A DNA stretch of 64,000 nucleotides, from assembly GCA_043747615.1 (NCBI GenBank), contig JAYTOU010000033.1, positions 32,001 to 96,000 on the forward strand. Direction: 5' to 3'. Shown here one piece after another: positions 19,401-29,300 of the stretch (the first letter of the stretch is position 1; each line of letters begins with the position of its first letter). Made by a program: the position numbers and the translations under genes. A model generated the notes under the pieces. It was not told where the DNA came from, did no database searches, and worked only from the letters and a program-made list of their open reading frames with translations. The stretch comes from Myxococcales bacterium. GTDB taxonomy: Bacteria > Myxococcota_A > Polyangia > Polyangiales > Polyangiaceae.

Positions 19401-20383
19401 GGCTTCCTCACGCCGGGCCGCGGCTGACGCTTGGATTCGAGCAGTGCCTCCGCATTGCGAATCTCGATCTCGGCCCTCTTCATCTTCGTGTCCGCTCGCT
19501 CACGCACCGCGACTACCTGGCCGAGCTCGTCGGCGACGCGTTGTTCATCGGCTTGGGCGGCGAGGAGCTCACCTTCGAGCGAGGTGATTCGCGAATCGAT
19601 CGAGGATAATCGCGCGCGATTGGCGTCCATCTCCCCCGCCAGCGCACCGTCACGGGAACGGAGGAGTGACTCGGCCGCGACGACCTCGTCGAGGGCACGA
19701 GCCTGACCAGGATTCTTCTCGATGACCGAGCGCGCGCGCTCCGCGAAGCCGACGAAGACGTCTTCTGAACGAAGGGCAGCGCGCTTCGCTTCGTCGCGGG
19801 CGGTGGCGAGCAGCCGCCTTAGCTCGGCCTTGCGGGTGAGAACGCGGAACGCATAGATCGGCGCAAGCCAGGGCTTGGTCGGTGGTTCTCCGTAGTCGGC
19901 GAGGGCGCGGGCATCGAACGGATCGACCTCACCCGGTGCGGCGGCAGGCGTTGGGGCGCGGTGGCGATCGAACGACGGTGAAGGCAGCTTTGCGCCCGAG
20001 CTCGGGCCCGACGGGACGGAGACGCGCGCGTCGGTTAAAGGAGCGGCCCTCATGGAGCTCGACGAAAGATGCGGCGCAAGCGACTTTGCCTGCGGGCCAA
20101 TGTCGAGCTCGAGCGGAGCTTCCCCACCACCACCGGTCGCGAAGATGTCGTCGGAGTCGAACTCGCCTGAGGAGCTTTGCTCGGTCGGCGGAGGGCTCAT
20201 GCGCGGGGCGAGACTGGGGCTCGGCCGCCCAACGCTCTGTGAGGACATGGGAATCGCCAAATCGGGAACGTCGGAGATGACGATGCGCTCGGTCGAGGGA
20301 GGCGGTTGCGAGAGTCTGCCGCACATCAGGCAGGGTCTACTCGGGTCCTTGAGCTCGGCCTTGCACCTGGGGCAGACGGCCAT
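19397..20383 (-). CDS. Hypothetical protein: N-terminal CxxC..CxxC zinc ribbon, Ser/Pro-rich linker, coiled coil
   Basis: MAVCPRC...CLMC; ATGA overlap with the kinase gene. Confidence 0.7.
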   Translation of the reverse strand: MAVCPRCKAELKDPSRPCLMCGRLSQPPPSTERIVISDVPDLAIPMSSQSVGRPSPSLAPRMSPPPTEQSSSGEFDSDDIFATGGGGEAPLELDIGPQAKSLAPHLSSSSMRAAPLTDARVSVPSGPSSGAKLPSPSFDRHRAPTPAAAPGEVDPFDARALADYGEPPTKPWLAPIYAFRVLTRKAELRRLLATARDEAKRAALRSEDVFVGFAERARSVIEKNPGQARALDEVVAAESLLRSRDGALAGEMDANRARLSSIDSRITSLEGELLAAQADEQRVADELGQVVAVRERADTKMKRAEIEIRNAEALLESKRQPRPGVRKP

Positions 20384-20474
20384 GACCGGGTGAGCATATC
20401 AGGAGACTTGGCGGCGCCAAAAAAGCCCTCAAAATGCGTCTCACTCCACCCTTAAGACAGGCTAGTGTGCCGGC

Positions 20475-20987
20475 ATGCGACTCTTTAGTGGACGTATCTC
20501 GCCCATTGCGACCGAAGTCGTGCGGGTTCTCAGCGCAGCAAACGACATCGAGTGCGGGTCTTCGAAAGAAGTCGTTGCTGACATTGAAGCGGTCCTCAAA
20601 CAGTACCTCTCCACCGAGAAGGACGTGAACGAGAAGACGAAGGACCAGCTCGAGCGCACCGGCCGCGGGATGACGGAGTTTGGGCGTCTGCGGGTGCAAA
20701 TGGCCGAGCAGCAGGGGATCAAGGTGGGAGACGAGATGCTCGACTACCTCCTCGACCAGGTAGTCAACATTTTCCACCACTCGGCGAACGTCGACGAGAT
20801 CTTCGCCGAGGACGTCGAGATGCGAAGGAAGATGGCGCCCATCTTCAAGAAAAACATGTCCGAGGATGCAGAGCTCGACGGCGAGGTGCGCGGGCAGCTG
20901 AAACACATCACCGAAGACTCACGGAGCTGGGACGTCGAATACGCGCGCGTGCTCGAGCAGGTGAAACGAAAGCGCGGGTTGTCCTAG
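20475..20987 (+). CDS. DUF507 family protein
   Basis: MRLFSGRI start; two helical repeats; ends VKRKRGLS, typical of deltaproteobacterial DUF507. Confidence 0.7.
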   Translation: MRLFSGRISPIATEVVRVLSAANDIECGSSKEVVADIEAVLKQYLSTEKDVNEKTKDQLERTGRGMTEFGRLRVQMAEQQGIKVGDEMLDYLLDQVVNIFHHSANVDEIFAEDVEMRRKMAPIFKKNMSEDAELDGEVRGQLKHITEDSRSWDVEYARVLEQVKRKRGLS

Positions 20988-21057
20988 CAAGCCATCGAGG
21001 GATTCGAGGCGCGATCGCCCTCTAGACCCCTCGCGAGCTCGACCCCACCATCGCCGC

Positions 21058-21558
21058 ATGAGCAGTGTACGCGACGCTCGGGACGAATACCTCTCGGAGA
21101 ACGGGTTCACGCTCGCCTCGTATACCGCTGCGTGGGGCGACGCGTCCTTCTTCGGCATGAAGCTTCAGATTCCCAATACACGCGCCCGTGCGCGGGCCAT
21201 CGCCCAACACGATTTGCACCACGTAGCGACCGGCTTCGGGACGGATTTTGCCGGCGAGGGCGAAATTTCTGCTTGGGAAATCGCGGCCGGTCTGCCGGAA
21301 AGCATGTACGTCGCGGCGATCATTTGCCTCGGATTCACGCTCGGAATGCTCGTCGCCCCGCGGCGAACGGTTCGCGCGTTCGCAGCCGGACGCGAGGCGC
21401 GATCCCGCTTTCGCGACAACGTGCCGTACGATGATCTGCTCACGATGTCGGTCGCGGAGCTGCGGCGGCACGTCGGCGTCGCGGACCGCGGGCTCCTCAT
21501 TGCGCGCGGGTTGCACTCTCGCGCGCCGGCGCGAACAGATCGCCCGACCACCGCGTGA
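21058..21558 (+). CDS. Hypothetical protein with Coq4-like HDxxH...GE metal motif
   Basis: HDLHHVATGFGTDFAGEGEISAWE. Confidence 0.65.
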   Translation: MSSVRDARDEYLSENGFTLASYTAAWGDASFFGMKLQIPNTRARARAIAQHDLHHVATGFGTDFAGEGEISAWEIAAGLPESMYVAAIICLGFTLGMLVAPRRTVRAFAAGREARSRFRDNVPYDDLLTMSVAELRRHVGVADRGLLIARGLHSRAPARTDRPTTA

Positions 21559-21661
21559 GCGCGGGGAGCACTCGAATCGAGTAACGCGGCGCTTGCAAAA
21601 TGCGGGTTTTCAAACGCCAGCCGCAGGCCTTATGCTCACGTATTGGAGTGTAAGGTCGACG

Positions 21662-22369
<708 letters not shown>

Positions 22370-22418
22370 GGTCGCGCGATGTTTATGAGACGACACAGCT
22401 CCCCGAAGGTCGTCTAGG

Positions 22419-23072
22419 ATGAGCGCATCCATGTCCGCGGACTTCCTGCTCCTCATCCTCTCCTCCCCCAGTGGTGCGGGTAAGACCACGCTGACCCGCA
22501 AGCTGCAGGAGCATTTCGCAGACCTGCGGTTCAGCGTTTCCCACACGACCCGCAAGCCTCGGGCGAATGAGGTCGACGGGCGCGATTACCATTTCGTGGA
22601 TCGTCCGAAGTTCGAGGCCCTGGTGGCCGACGGCGCCTTCGTCGAGTGGGCGCAGGTCCACGACAATCTCTACGGCACCTCCGCGAGCGAGATCGACGGC
22701 GCGCGCAAAACCACGGGCTGCGGGGGAATGATCTTCGACATCGACTACCAGGGCGCTCGTCAGATCCGCGCCAAGGTGAACGAGGTGGTTGGCGTCTTCA
22801 TCCTTCCTCCTTCGATGCCCGAGCTCGAGAGGCGCCTCCGCGGCCGCGCAAGCGACACCGAAGAGGTCGTGATGAAGCGCTTCCAGGTCGCGAAGAAAGA
22901 GATCGAGCATTACGCGCTCTTCGACTACGTGCTCGTGAACGACGATCTGACGACGGCCTTCGAGACCCTGAAGGGTGTCGTCCTCGCCGAGCGCAGTCGT
23001 CGGTGGCGAAGGGCCTCCCTCGCTGAGTCGCTCTTGCGCAGCGACGCTGTCCCCTCCACCAGCAGACGCTGA
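22419..23072 (+). CDS. gmk: Guanylate kinase
   Basis: SSPSGAGKTT P-loop; SVSHTTRKPR.NEVDGRDYHF; YGT; DIDYQGA. Confidence 0.97.
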   Translation: MSASMSADFLLLILSSPSGAGKTTLTRKLQEHFADLRFSVSHTTRKPRANEVDGRDYHFVDRPKFEALVADGAFVEWAQVHDNLYGTSASEIDGARKTTGCGGMIFDIDYQGARQIRAKVNEVVGVFILPPSMPELERRLRGRASDTEEVVMKRFQVAKKEIEHYALFDYVLVNDDLTTAFETLKGVVLAERSRRWRRASLAESLLRSDAVPSTSRR

Positions 23073-23103
23073 TCCCGCCTCGCACCTGAACTCCGGAGGA
23101 AAC

Positions 23104-24000
23104 GTGACCGAACGAAAACCCCGCGCGGCAACTGAGCGCCCCAACGTGCTCGCCGTGATCGGCGGCAGCGGCCTCTACGAAGTCGACGGGCTCGCCAACG
23201 TGACCGAACTTCACGTGGACACGCCGTACGGCAGCCCCAGCGACGCGATCATCAAGGGCGAGCTCGGGGACGTAACGATGCTCTTTTTGCCGCGCCACGG
23301 GCGAGGCCACAAGGTTCCGCCGCACGCCATCAACTACCGGGCGAACATCTGCGCGCTCAAGCTGGCGGGCGCCACTCACCTCGTCTCGGTCAGCGCGGTC
23401 GGCTCGATGAAGGAAGAAATTCACCCGGGCGATCTGGTGTGCGTCGATCAATTCATCGATCTCACCCGCCGCCGCGTGAGCACGTTCTTCGACGCGGGCA
23501 TCGCCGCGCACGTCTCTTTTTCCGATCCCGTTTGCGATCACCTCGCCGACGCACTGGCGAGCGCGGGCGAGCGCGCGGGGGCCAAGGTGCACCGTGGCGG
23601 CACCTATGTTTGCATGGACGGTCCGCAGTTTTCCACCCGCGCAGAGAGCCTCCTCTACCGCTCGTGGGGCGCGTCCGTGATCGGCATGACGGGCATGCCC
23701 GAGGCCAAGCTCGCCCGCGAGGCGGAGCTGCCGTTCGCGACCCTCGCCCTCGCCACCGACTACGACTGCTGGCACACGGCGGAAGCCGACGTGACCGTCG
23801 AAGCGGTGGTTGCCGTGCTGCGCGAGAACGTCTCCGTCGCTCGCCGCGCCATCGTGGAGCTGGCGAAGGCCCTGCCGAATCCCGCCGAGAGTCGCGCCAC
23901 CGGAGCACTGAAAAACGCCATCATGACCGCGCCGGCTTCGATCTCCGAAGAGGTAAAGGCGATGCTCGGATGGCTCGTCAGCCCCTACATTTCCCGCTAA
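23104..24000 (+). CDS. mtnP: S-methyl-5'-thioadenosine phosphorylase
   Basis: IGGSGLY, TPYGSPS, RHGRGH, NYRANI, GPQFSTRAES, GMTGMPEAKLARE and TDYDCW motifs; GTG start after GGAGG. Confidence 0.92.
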   Translation: MTERKPRAATERPNVLAVIGGSGLYEVDGLANVTELHVDTPYGSPSDAIIKGELGDVTMLFLPRHGRGHKVPPHAINYRANICALKLAGATHLVSVSAVGSMKEEIHPGDLVCVDQFIDLTRRRVSTFFDAGIAAHVSFSDPVCDHLADALASAGERAGAKVHRGGTYVCMDGPQFSTRAESLLYRSWGASVIGMTGMPEAKLAREAELPFATLALATDYDCWHTAEADVTVEAVVAVLRENVSVARRAIVELAKALPNPAESRATGALKNAIMTAPASISEEVKAMLGWLVSPYISR

Positions 24001-24035
24001 CGTCCTTCTTTTCTCATTCATCCGAGGTCCTTGCC

Positions 24036-24971
24036 GTGCAGAAAATCGATAGCGTTCTTGTCGTCGGATCCGTCGCCTTCGACGATCTCGAAATGCCTTC
24101 GGGATCCTTCAAAGACGTGCTCGGAGGCGCCGCCACCTATTCCTCGATCGCCATCTCACTCCTCGCGCGAGCGAGCCTGATCGGCATCGTCGGAACAGAT
24201 TTCGCGGAGGAGCACCTCACGATGCTCCGCGAGCGCGGCGTCGACACCGCCGGCGTGGAGCGCGTGTCGGGAAAGACGTTCCGCTGGGCCGGCCGCTACG
24301 CCGCGGATCTCGGAAGCCGCACCACGCTCGACACGCAGCTCAACGTGTTCGCCGATTTTCGCCCGAAAATTCCAGCGGGTTATCGTTCGAGCTCGTTCGT
24401 CCTCCTTGGCAACATTCACCCCAAGCTCCAGCTCGAGGTGCTCGCTCAGGTGGAGCGTCCAAAGCTCGTCGCGGCCGACACGATGAACTTCTGGATCTCC
24501 GGCGAGCCCGATTCCCTCGCCGAGGTCCTGAAGAAGGTGGACTTGCTCATGATCAACGACGAAGAGGCTCGCGAGCTGTCGGGGATCCACAACATCACCA
24601 AAGCCGCGGCTGACATTCGTAAGCGCGGCCCCTCGCGGCTGATCATCAAACGCGGCGAGCACGGCGCGCTTCTCTTCGACGAAAAAGGAGTGTTCTTCGC
24701 TCCCGGATATCCGCTCGAGGACGTCGTCGACCCGACCGGCGCAGGCGACACGTTCGCCGGTGGTCTCATGGGATACCTGGCCCGTCACGGAGAGGCATCG
24801 CCTGCAACGCTTCGCCGCGCCATCTTTTTTGGTTCGGCGCTCGCCTCGTTTTGCGTCGAAGGTATCGGCACAAAGCGCCTGGCGTCCGTCACCCGCGCCG
24901 ATTTAGCGGCACGAATCGAGGCATTTTCGAGCCTCGTCGATTACGGTGGGAATCTGACGCTCGTCGAGTGA
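24036..24971 (+). CDS. PfkB family sugar/nucleoside kinase
   Basis: GSVAFD, LGGAATY, DTMNFWI, INDEEA and DPTGAGDTFAGG motifs; start trimmed to GTG 24036. Confidence 0.92.
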   Translation: MQKIDSVLVVGSVAFDDLEMPSGSFKDVLGGAATYSSIAISLLARASLIGIVGTDFAEEHLTMLRERGVDTAGVERVSGKTFRWAGRYAADLGSRTTLDTQLNVFADFRPKIPAGYRSSSFVLLGNIHPKLQLEVLAQVERPKLVAADTMNFWISGEPDSLAEVLKKVDLLMINDEEARELSGIHNITKAAADIRKRGPSRLIIKRGEHGALLFDEKGVFFAPGYPLEDVVDPTGAGDTFAGGLMGYLARHGEASPATLRRAIFFGSALASFCVEGIGTKRLASVTRADLAARIEAFSSLVDYGGNLTLVE

Positions 24972-25000
24972 GCATTAAGGCGCTTTGGAGGAGGAACTTC

Positions 25001-26119
25001 ATGGAGATGGGTAGGCTTACGAAATACGGGCTCATCAGCGCGGCCCTCGGTGCGGCAGGCATTGCCGTCTTCGCGGCCTGCGGGTTCGATCCGCCTGAAA
25101 AACACTCCGGCGACGGCGGCGGCGGCGGCATCAACAAGTGCGTGGCGACGGCGGGCACTCTCGCGGCTCCGGATTGCGACAACTCCGACAACGTGTGCAC
25201 GGGCATGGGCTGCAGCATCGCGTCGACCTGCGGAGATACGGCGACGTGCCTGCCCCTCTCGACCAACGCCGGCAAGCCGCAGATCGACTTCCGCCTTCGC
25301 CGCCTGAACATCGCCGCGCCCGCGACACTCGCCGCCACCTTCATCCAGGCGACGGTCGTCACCAAGGGCATCGATCTCAACGCCAAGCAGTGCGGCGAAA
25401 AAGGCGACGGAGCCTTCAACTGGCTGCTCAGCATCGACAAGGCCACGATGAAGATGAAGACCGGCGGCGCGCCGAAAACGGCGGATCCGTTCGGCGTCGG
25501 CTTTTGCTTCTACGACCACACCACTGCCAGTGGGATCTTGGTCCAGCCCGTCGTGCAAGACATCAAGTTCACGGGTGACACGTTCTCGACGGTGACCCCC
25601 TCACCGCTTCTCAACGTGCCTATTTTCTTGGGCGAAAGTGTGATCGTGCTGCCGCTCTCGGAGGCGAAGCTCGAAAACGTCACCATCTCGAAGGATTCAA
25701 ACTGCATCGGCTCGTTCAACGCCCCCGCCCTCGACTCCGACTGCGCCGACGACCCTAGCTCGTGCGCGAAATGGAAGACGGCAGGAGCGCTCGGCGGGTA
25801 CATCACCATTGAAGCGGCCGACAAAGTTCCGGTCGACGTTCTCCACGAGACGCTCTGCGTCCTCCTCACCCAGGCGACGAAGGATCCGGCCACCGGCGGC
25901 TGTCCGCGCACGGACGGCAAGCTGACCCAGAAGGGCGACTACTGCTCCACGACCAAGAAGGCCGGCGACTGCGCCGACAGCTTCTGGCTCGCGGCGACGT
26001 TCGCGGCGAGCGCCGTGAAGATCAACGACGGCAAGAGCACCGACACCTGCGTTCCAGGCACTTCCGCCTCCGATGCGGGCCCCGACGCCGCCGACGCAAG
26101 CGACGCCGCGACCGACTAA
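25001..26119 (+). CDS. Cys-rich hypothetical lipoprotein
   Basis: GGAGGAGG RBS; signal peptide with FAAC lipobox; many paired Cys; DAG-rich tail typical of myxobacterial lipoproteins. Confidence 0.78.
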   Translation: MEMGRLTKYGLISAALGAAGIAVFAACGFDPPEKHSGDGGGGGINKCVATAGTLAAPDCDNSDNVCTGMGCSIASTCGDTATCLPLSTNAGKPQIDFRLRRLNIAAPATLAATFIQATVVTKGIDLNAKQCGEKGDGAFNWLLSIDKATMKMKTGGAPKTADPFGVGFCFYDHTTASGILVQPVVQDIKFTGDTFSTVTPSPLLNVPIFLGESVIVLPLSEAKLENVTISKDSNCIGSFNAPALDSDCADDPSSCAKWKTAGALGGYITIEAADKVPVDVLHETLCVLLTQATKDPATGGCPRTDGKLTQKGDYCSTTKKAGDCADSFWLAATFAASAVKINDGKSTDTCVPGTSASDAGPDAADASDAATD

Positions 26120-26346
26120 CGCACTACTTCATCGTCCCAGAGACGACGTCGTCCACTCGGTGGCCGAATCCAAAGCGATTCCCGCACTATCCCGGTCGGG
26201 ATGGTCACTGCCGGCCTGATTTGCGCGACGCGTTAGAGACAAATCTCTCTCGTCGATGCGCTTTTCTCGCGGATGGCTTTAGCGTAATGATGCGCTAGTG
26301 GCAGAATGAACGTGCGGCGCTGCTGCGCACGTCTTCGGAGGGATCC

Positions 26347-29300
26347 ATGCTTCGAGATCTTTGGCGTCGAGCCTTTGGGTTTGTCTTGTTTCTCACCATC
26401 GCCTCATGTGCAGGTGGGGGCGGGTGTGGCGGGTGCTCGGCGGCGATCCCAGGAGGGTTCCCGAGTGACTCGGTGATCCCGAACTCCGCGTCGCTGCGAC
26501 TCACGCGCCCGGGGCTCGATTTCATAGGCGCGAATCTCGGATCGGTGGCCTCCAAGGTGCTCGGTAAGGCCGGCGGGGTCTACTCGATCGACGTCCCGAA
26601 GAGCTCCCCTGAGATCACGGCGTTACCCATCCCGATCATTGGCGGGCACATCGTCCACTATATCGTAAACATCTGCCCGAACTCCCCGAATCCGTCCTCC
26701 GTACCCCCGGAGTGCATCGCGGACATCGGCATCGGAAACGCGCAGCTCCACCTCGACTCCGTCACCCCGGATTCGGTCCTCATCAGCGGCACCCTCCCCG
26801 TCCGCCTCCAGGATCTTCCGATCGACGCCAAGAGCCAGAACTTGCTCCCGGACATCAACGGCCTCCACGTCGCGATCGGCGCGCCGGCTGGCTCGGGACG
26901 GTGCAATGGCCCCACGCCGACGGTCGACTATCAGGCGTTCCCTCTCGACATCTCGCTGCCGATCGTGGCCGAGACCCTCGCGCCGCGCGCCGGCTACTCG
27001 AAGATCGACATTGCCAACGCGATCGTGAACGTCGACATCAAGCAGAATGACGTGACCGTTTGCGGGAGCTGTTTCCTCGATGGCCTTCCGGGCTGCGGCA
27101 GCGGCGCTTGCTGCGACGCCGTCTTCAACTTCATCAAGAACCAAGCGTTCGGCACGCTCAAGAACAAGGTCACCGACATCCTGAAGACCCAGCTCGGCGA
27201 CGCGCTCTGCACCAAGCCGGACCCCACGCTCACCCCCCAGTGCCCCACGGCAACGGAAGTCAGCGCGGACAAGAAATTCTGCATCTTCCCTGGGACGACC
27301 CAGTGCGTTTCGAGGCAGCTCGGCACCGACGGTCACGTGGACCTCGGAAGCGCGCTCCGCAGCATTTCTCCGGGCACCTCGGGCGGGCTGAATTTCGTGC
27401 TCGCCGGCGCAGGCGCGATGGACGCCGCTCCCAACATGCCCGCCGACGACATCGGTTACGTGGGCCATACTCCGAACGGCCTCACGCTCGGCATGCTCGG
27501 CGGCGCGGTGCCCCAGCCGCAGTCAACGTGCGTCCCGATGTTCAAGAACACCGCCCCCACCGGCATTCCTGTGCCGGACGAAATGCGTCTCGACACCCAG
27601 GCGCCCTGGCCCATGGGCGTGCCCCAACCCGACCTCGGCATCGCGCTCGCGGGGCGCTTCCTCAACTACGCGTTCGGCAGCATGTACAACAGCGGCCTCC
27701 TCTGTCTCGGCGTCTCGACCGAGCAGTTCCAGCAGCTGCAGAGCGGCCTACTCAGCATTCTCATTCCATCCATCAAAAACCTTACCCTCGAGCAAAAAGG
27801 CGCGGCTGTCGCGATCACCACGCGTCCGCAAGTTCCACCGGTCGTGAAGATCGGGAGCGGCAAAGACATCAAGACCGACCCGCTCCTCAGCGTCGAGCTC
27901 AAGCAGTTCGCGGTCGACTTCTACGTGTGGAGCGAAGACCGCTACGTGCGCGCCTTCACGTTCACGGGCGACCTCACCATCCCCATCAATCTGTCCACGG
28001 CGAAGGATCCCAAAACGAACCCGAACGGCGGTCTCTTGCCGGTGCTCGGCGACATCGCCATCGCCAACGCGACCGTGACCAACAGTGATCTGCTCCTCGA
28101 TGATCCGGCGACGATCGCCAGCTCCCTCTCCGCGATCTTGGGCGGTCTCTCGGGCCAGCTCTTCGGCGCGCTGAAGCCTTTCGACATCGGCGGCGCGCTG
28201 AAATCTTTCGGAATGGGAATGACTATCCCCGACGGCGGGATTCGCAAGCTTCACAAAGGCAGCGACGACTTCCTCGCGATCTTCGGCAACCTCGCGCTCT
28301 CCAAAAACGCGATCGTCGAAGCCGACACCGAGGCCCGCATCATTGGCAAGACGGTCCATCCCGAGGCGATGTCCCTCGGCACCATCACCCGCGACAAGCT
28401 CCCGGAGTTGAACGCCATCTTCTCTTCGCCGCTCGACAACGGCTCGCACCTCGTCGAGTACGCGTGGGCAATCGACGAGGGGACGCGAAGCGCGTGGTCG
28501 CGTGATCGCGAAGTCACGGTGAAGAGCGATTACCTTGTTTTCCAGGGTAGACACACGCTCAAGGTCTGGGCCCGCGAAGTCGGCCAGCAAGCAAGCGAAG
28601 ACTCCACGCCGGCCCTCGTCCCGTTCACGATCGACACGCTCGCTCCGAAGGTCGAGATCAAAGAAACCGCAGCGGGCACGTCGGCCGTCAAGGCTTGGGA
28701 CTTCGTCAGCGACGAGTCTGCCCTCGTTGCGCGTTACCGCGTTACCACTTCGGGCCACGCAGGTGCGGCCGCAACGCTGGGCGAGTTCGGGGAATGGGCG
28801 CCCGCCGCGACGCTCGCTTCCCTGTCCACGCCTGGGGCGATCTCCGTCGACGTCGAAGTTCGTGACGAAGAGGGCAACGTCGGCACGGTGAGCTCCGCGC
28901 TCATCCGCGGTCGTCCCGATCCTTCGCTGGCCGCTGGCGGTGGGTGCGGCTGTTCGACGCCGGGCTCCACGAACGTCTCGGGAGGCTGGGGCCTCTTCGC
29001 GCTCGGCGGGCTCTTCGCGTTCTCAAGCCGACGATGGCGTCGGCGCGCTTCCTCCTTGCGGAGCACCGCGGCCGCGGTTGGCCTCGGAACGATCACCTTC
29101 GTCGCCTCCACCAGCCAGGGTTGCTCCTGCGCAGGTGCCGGCGACGTGAACGCCGAAGGTTGCGGCACGGACTGCAAACAGGTCTGCAATCCCGCGCTGC
29201 CGCAGGGGCTCATCGGCGCTTACACCTCGGTCTCGAAAGCGAAGGACGGAACGATCTGGGTCGCCGGGTACAACGACGCCGTCGTGACACCAGACGAAAA

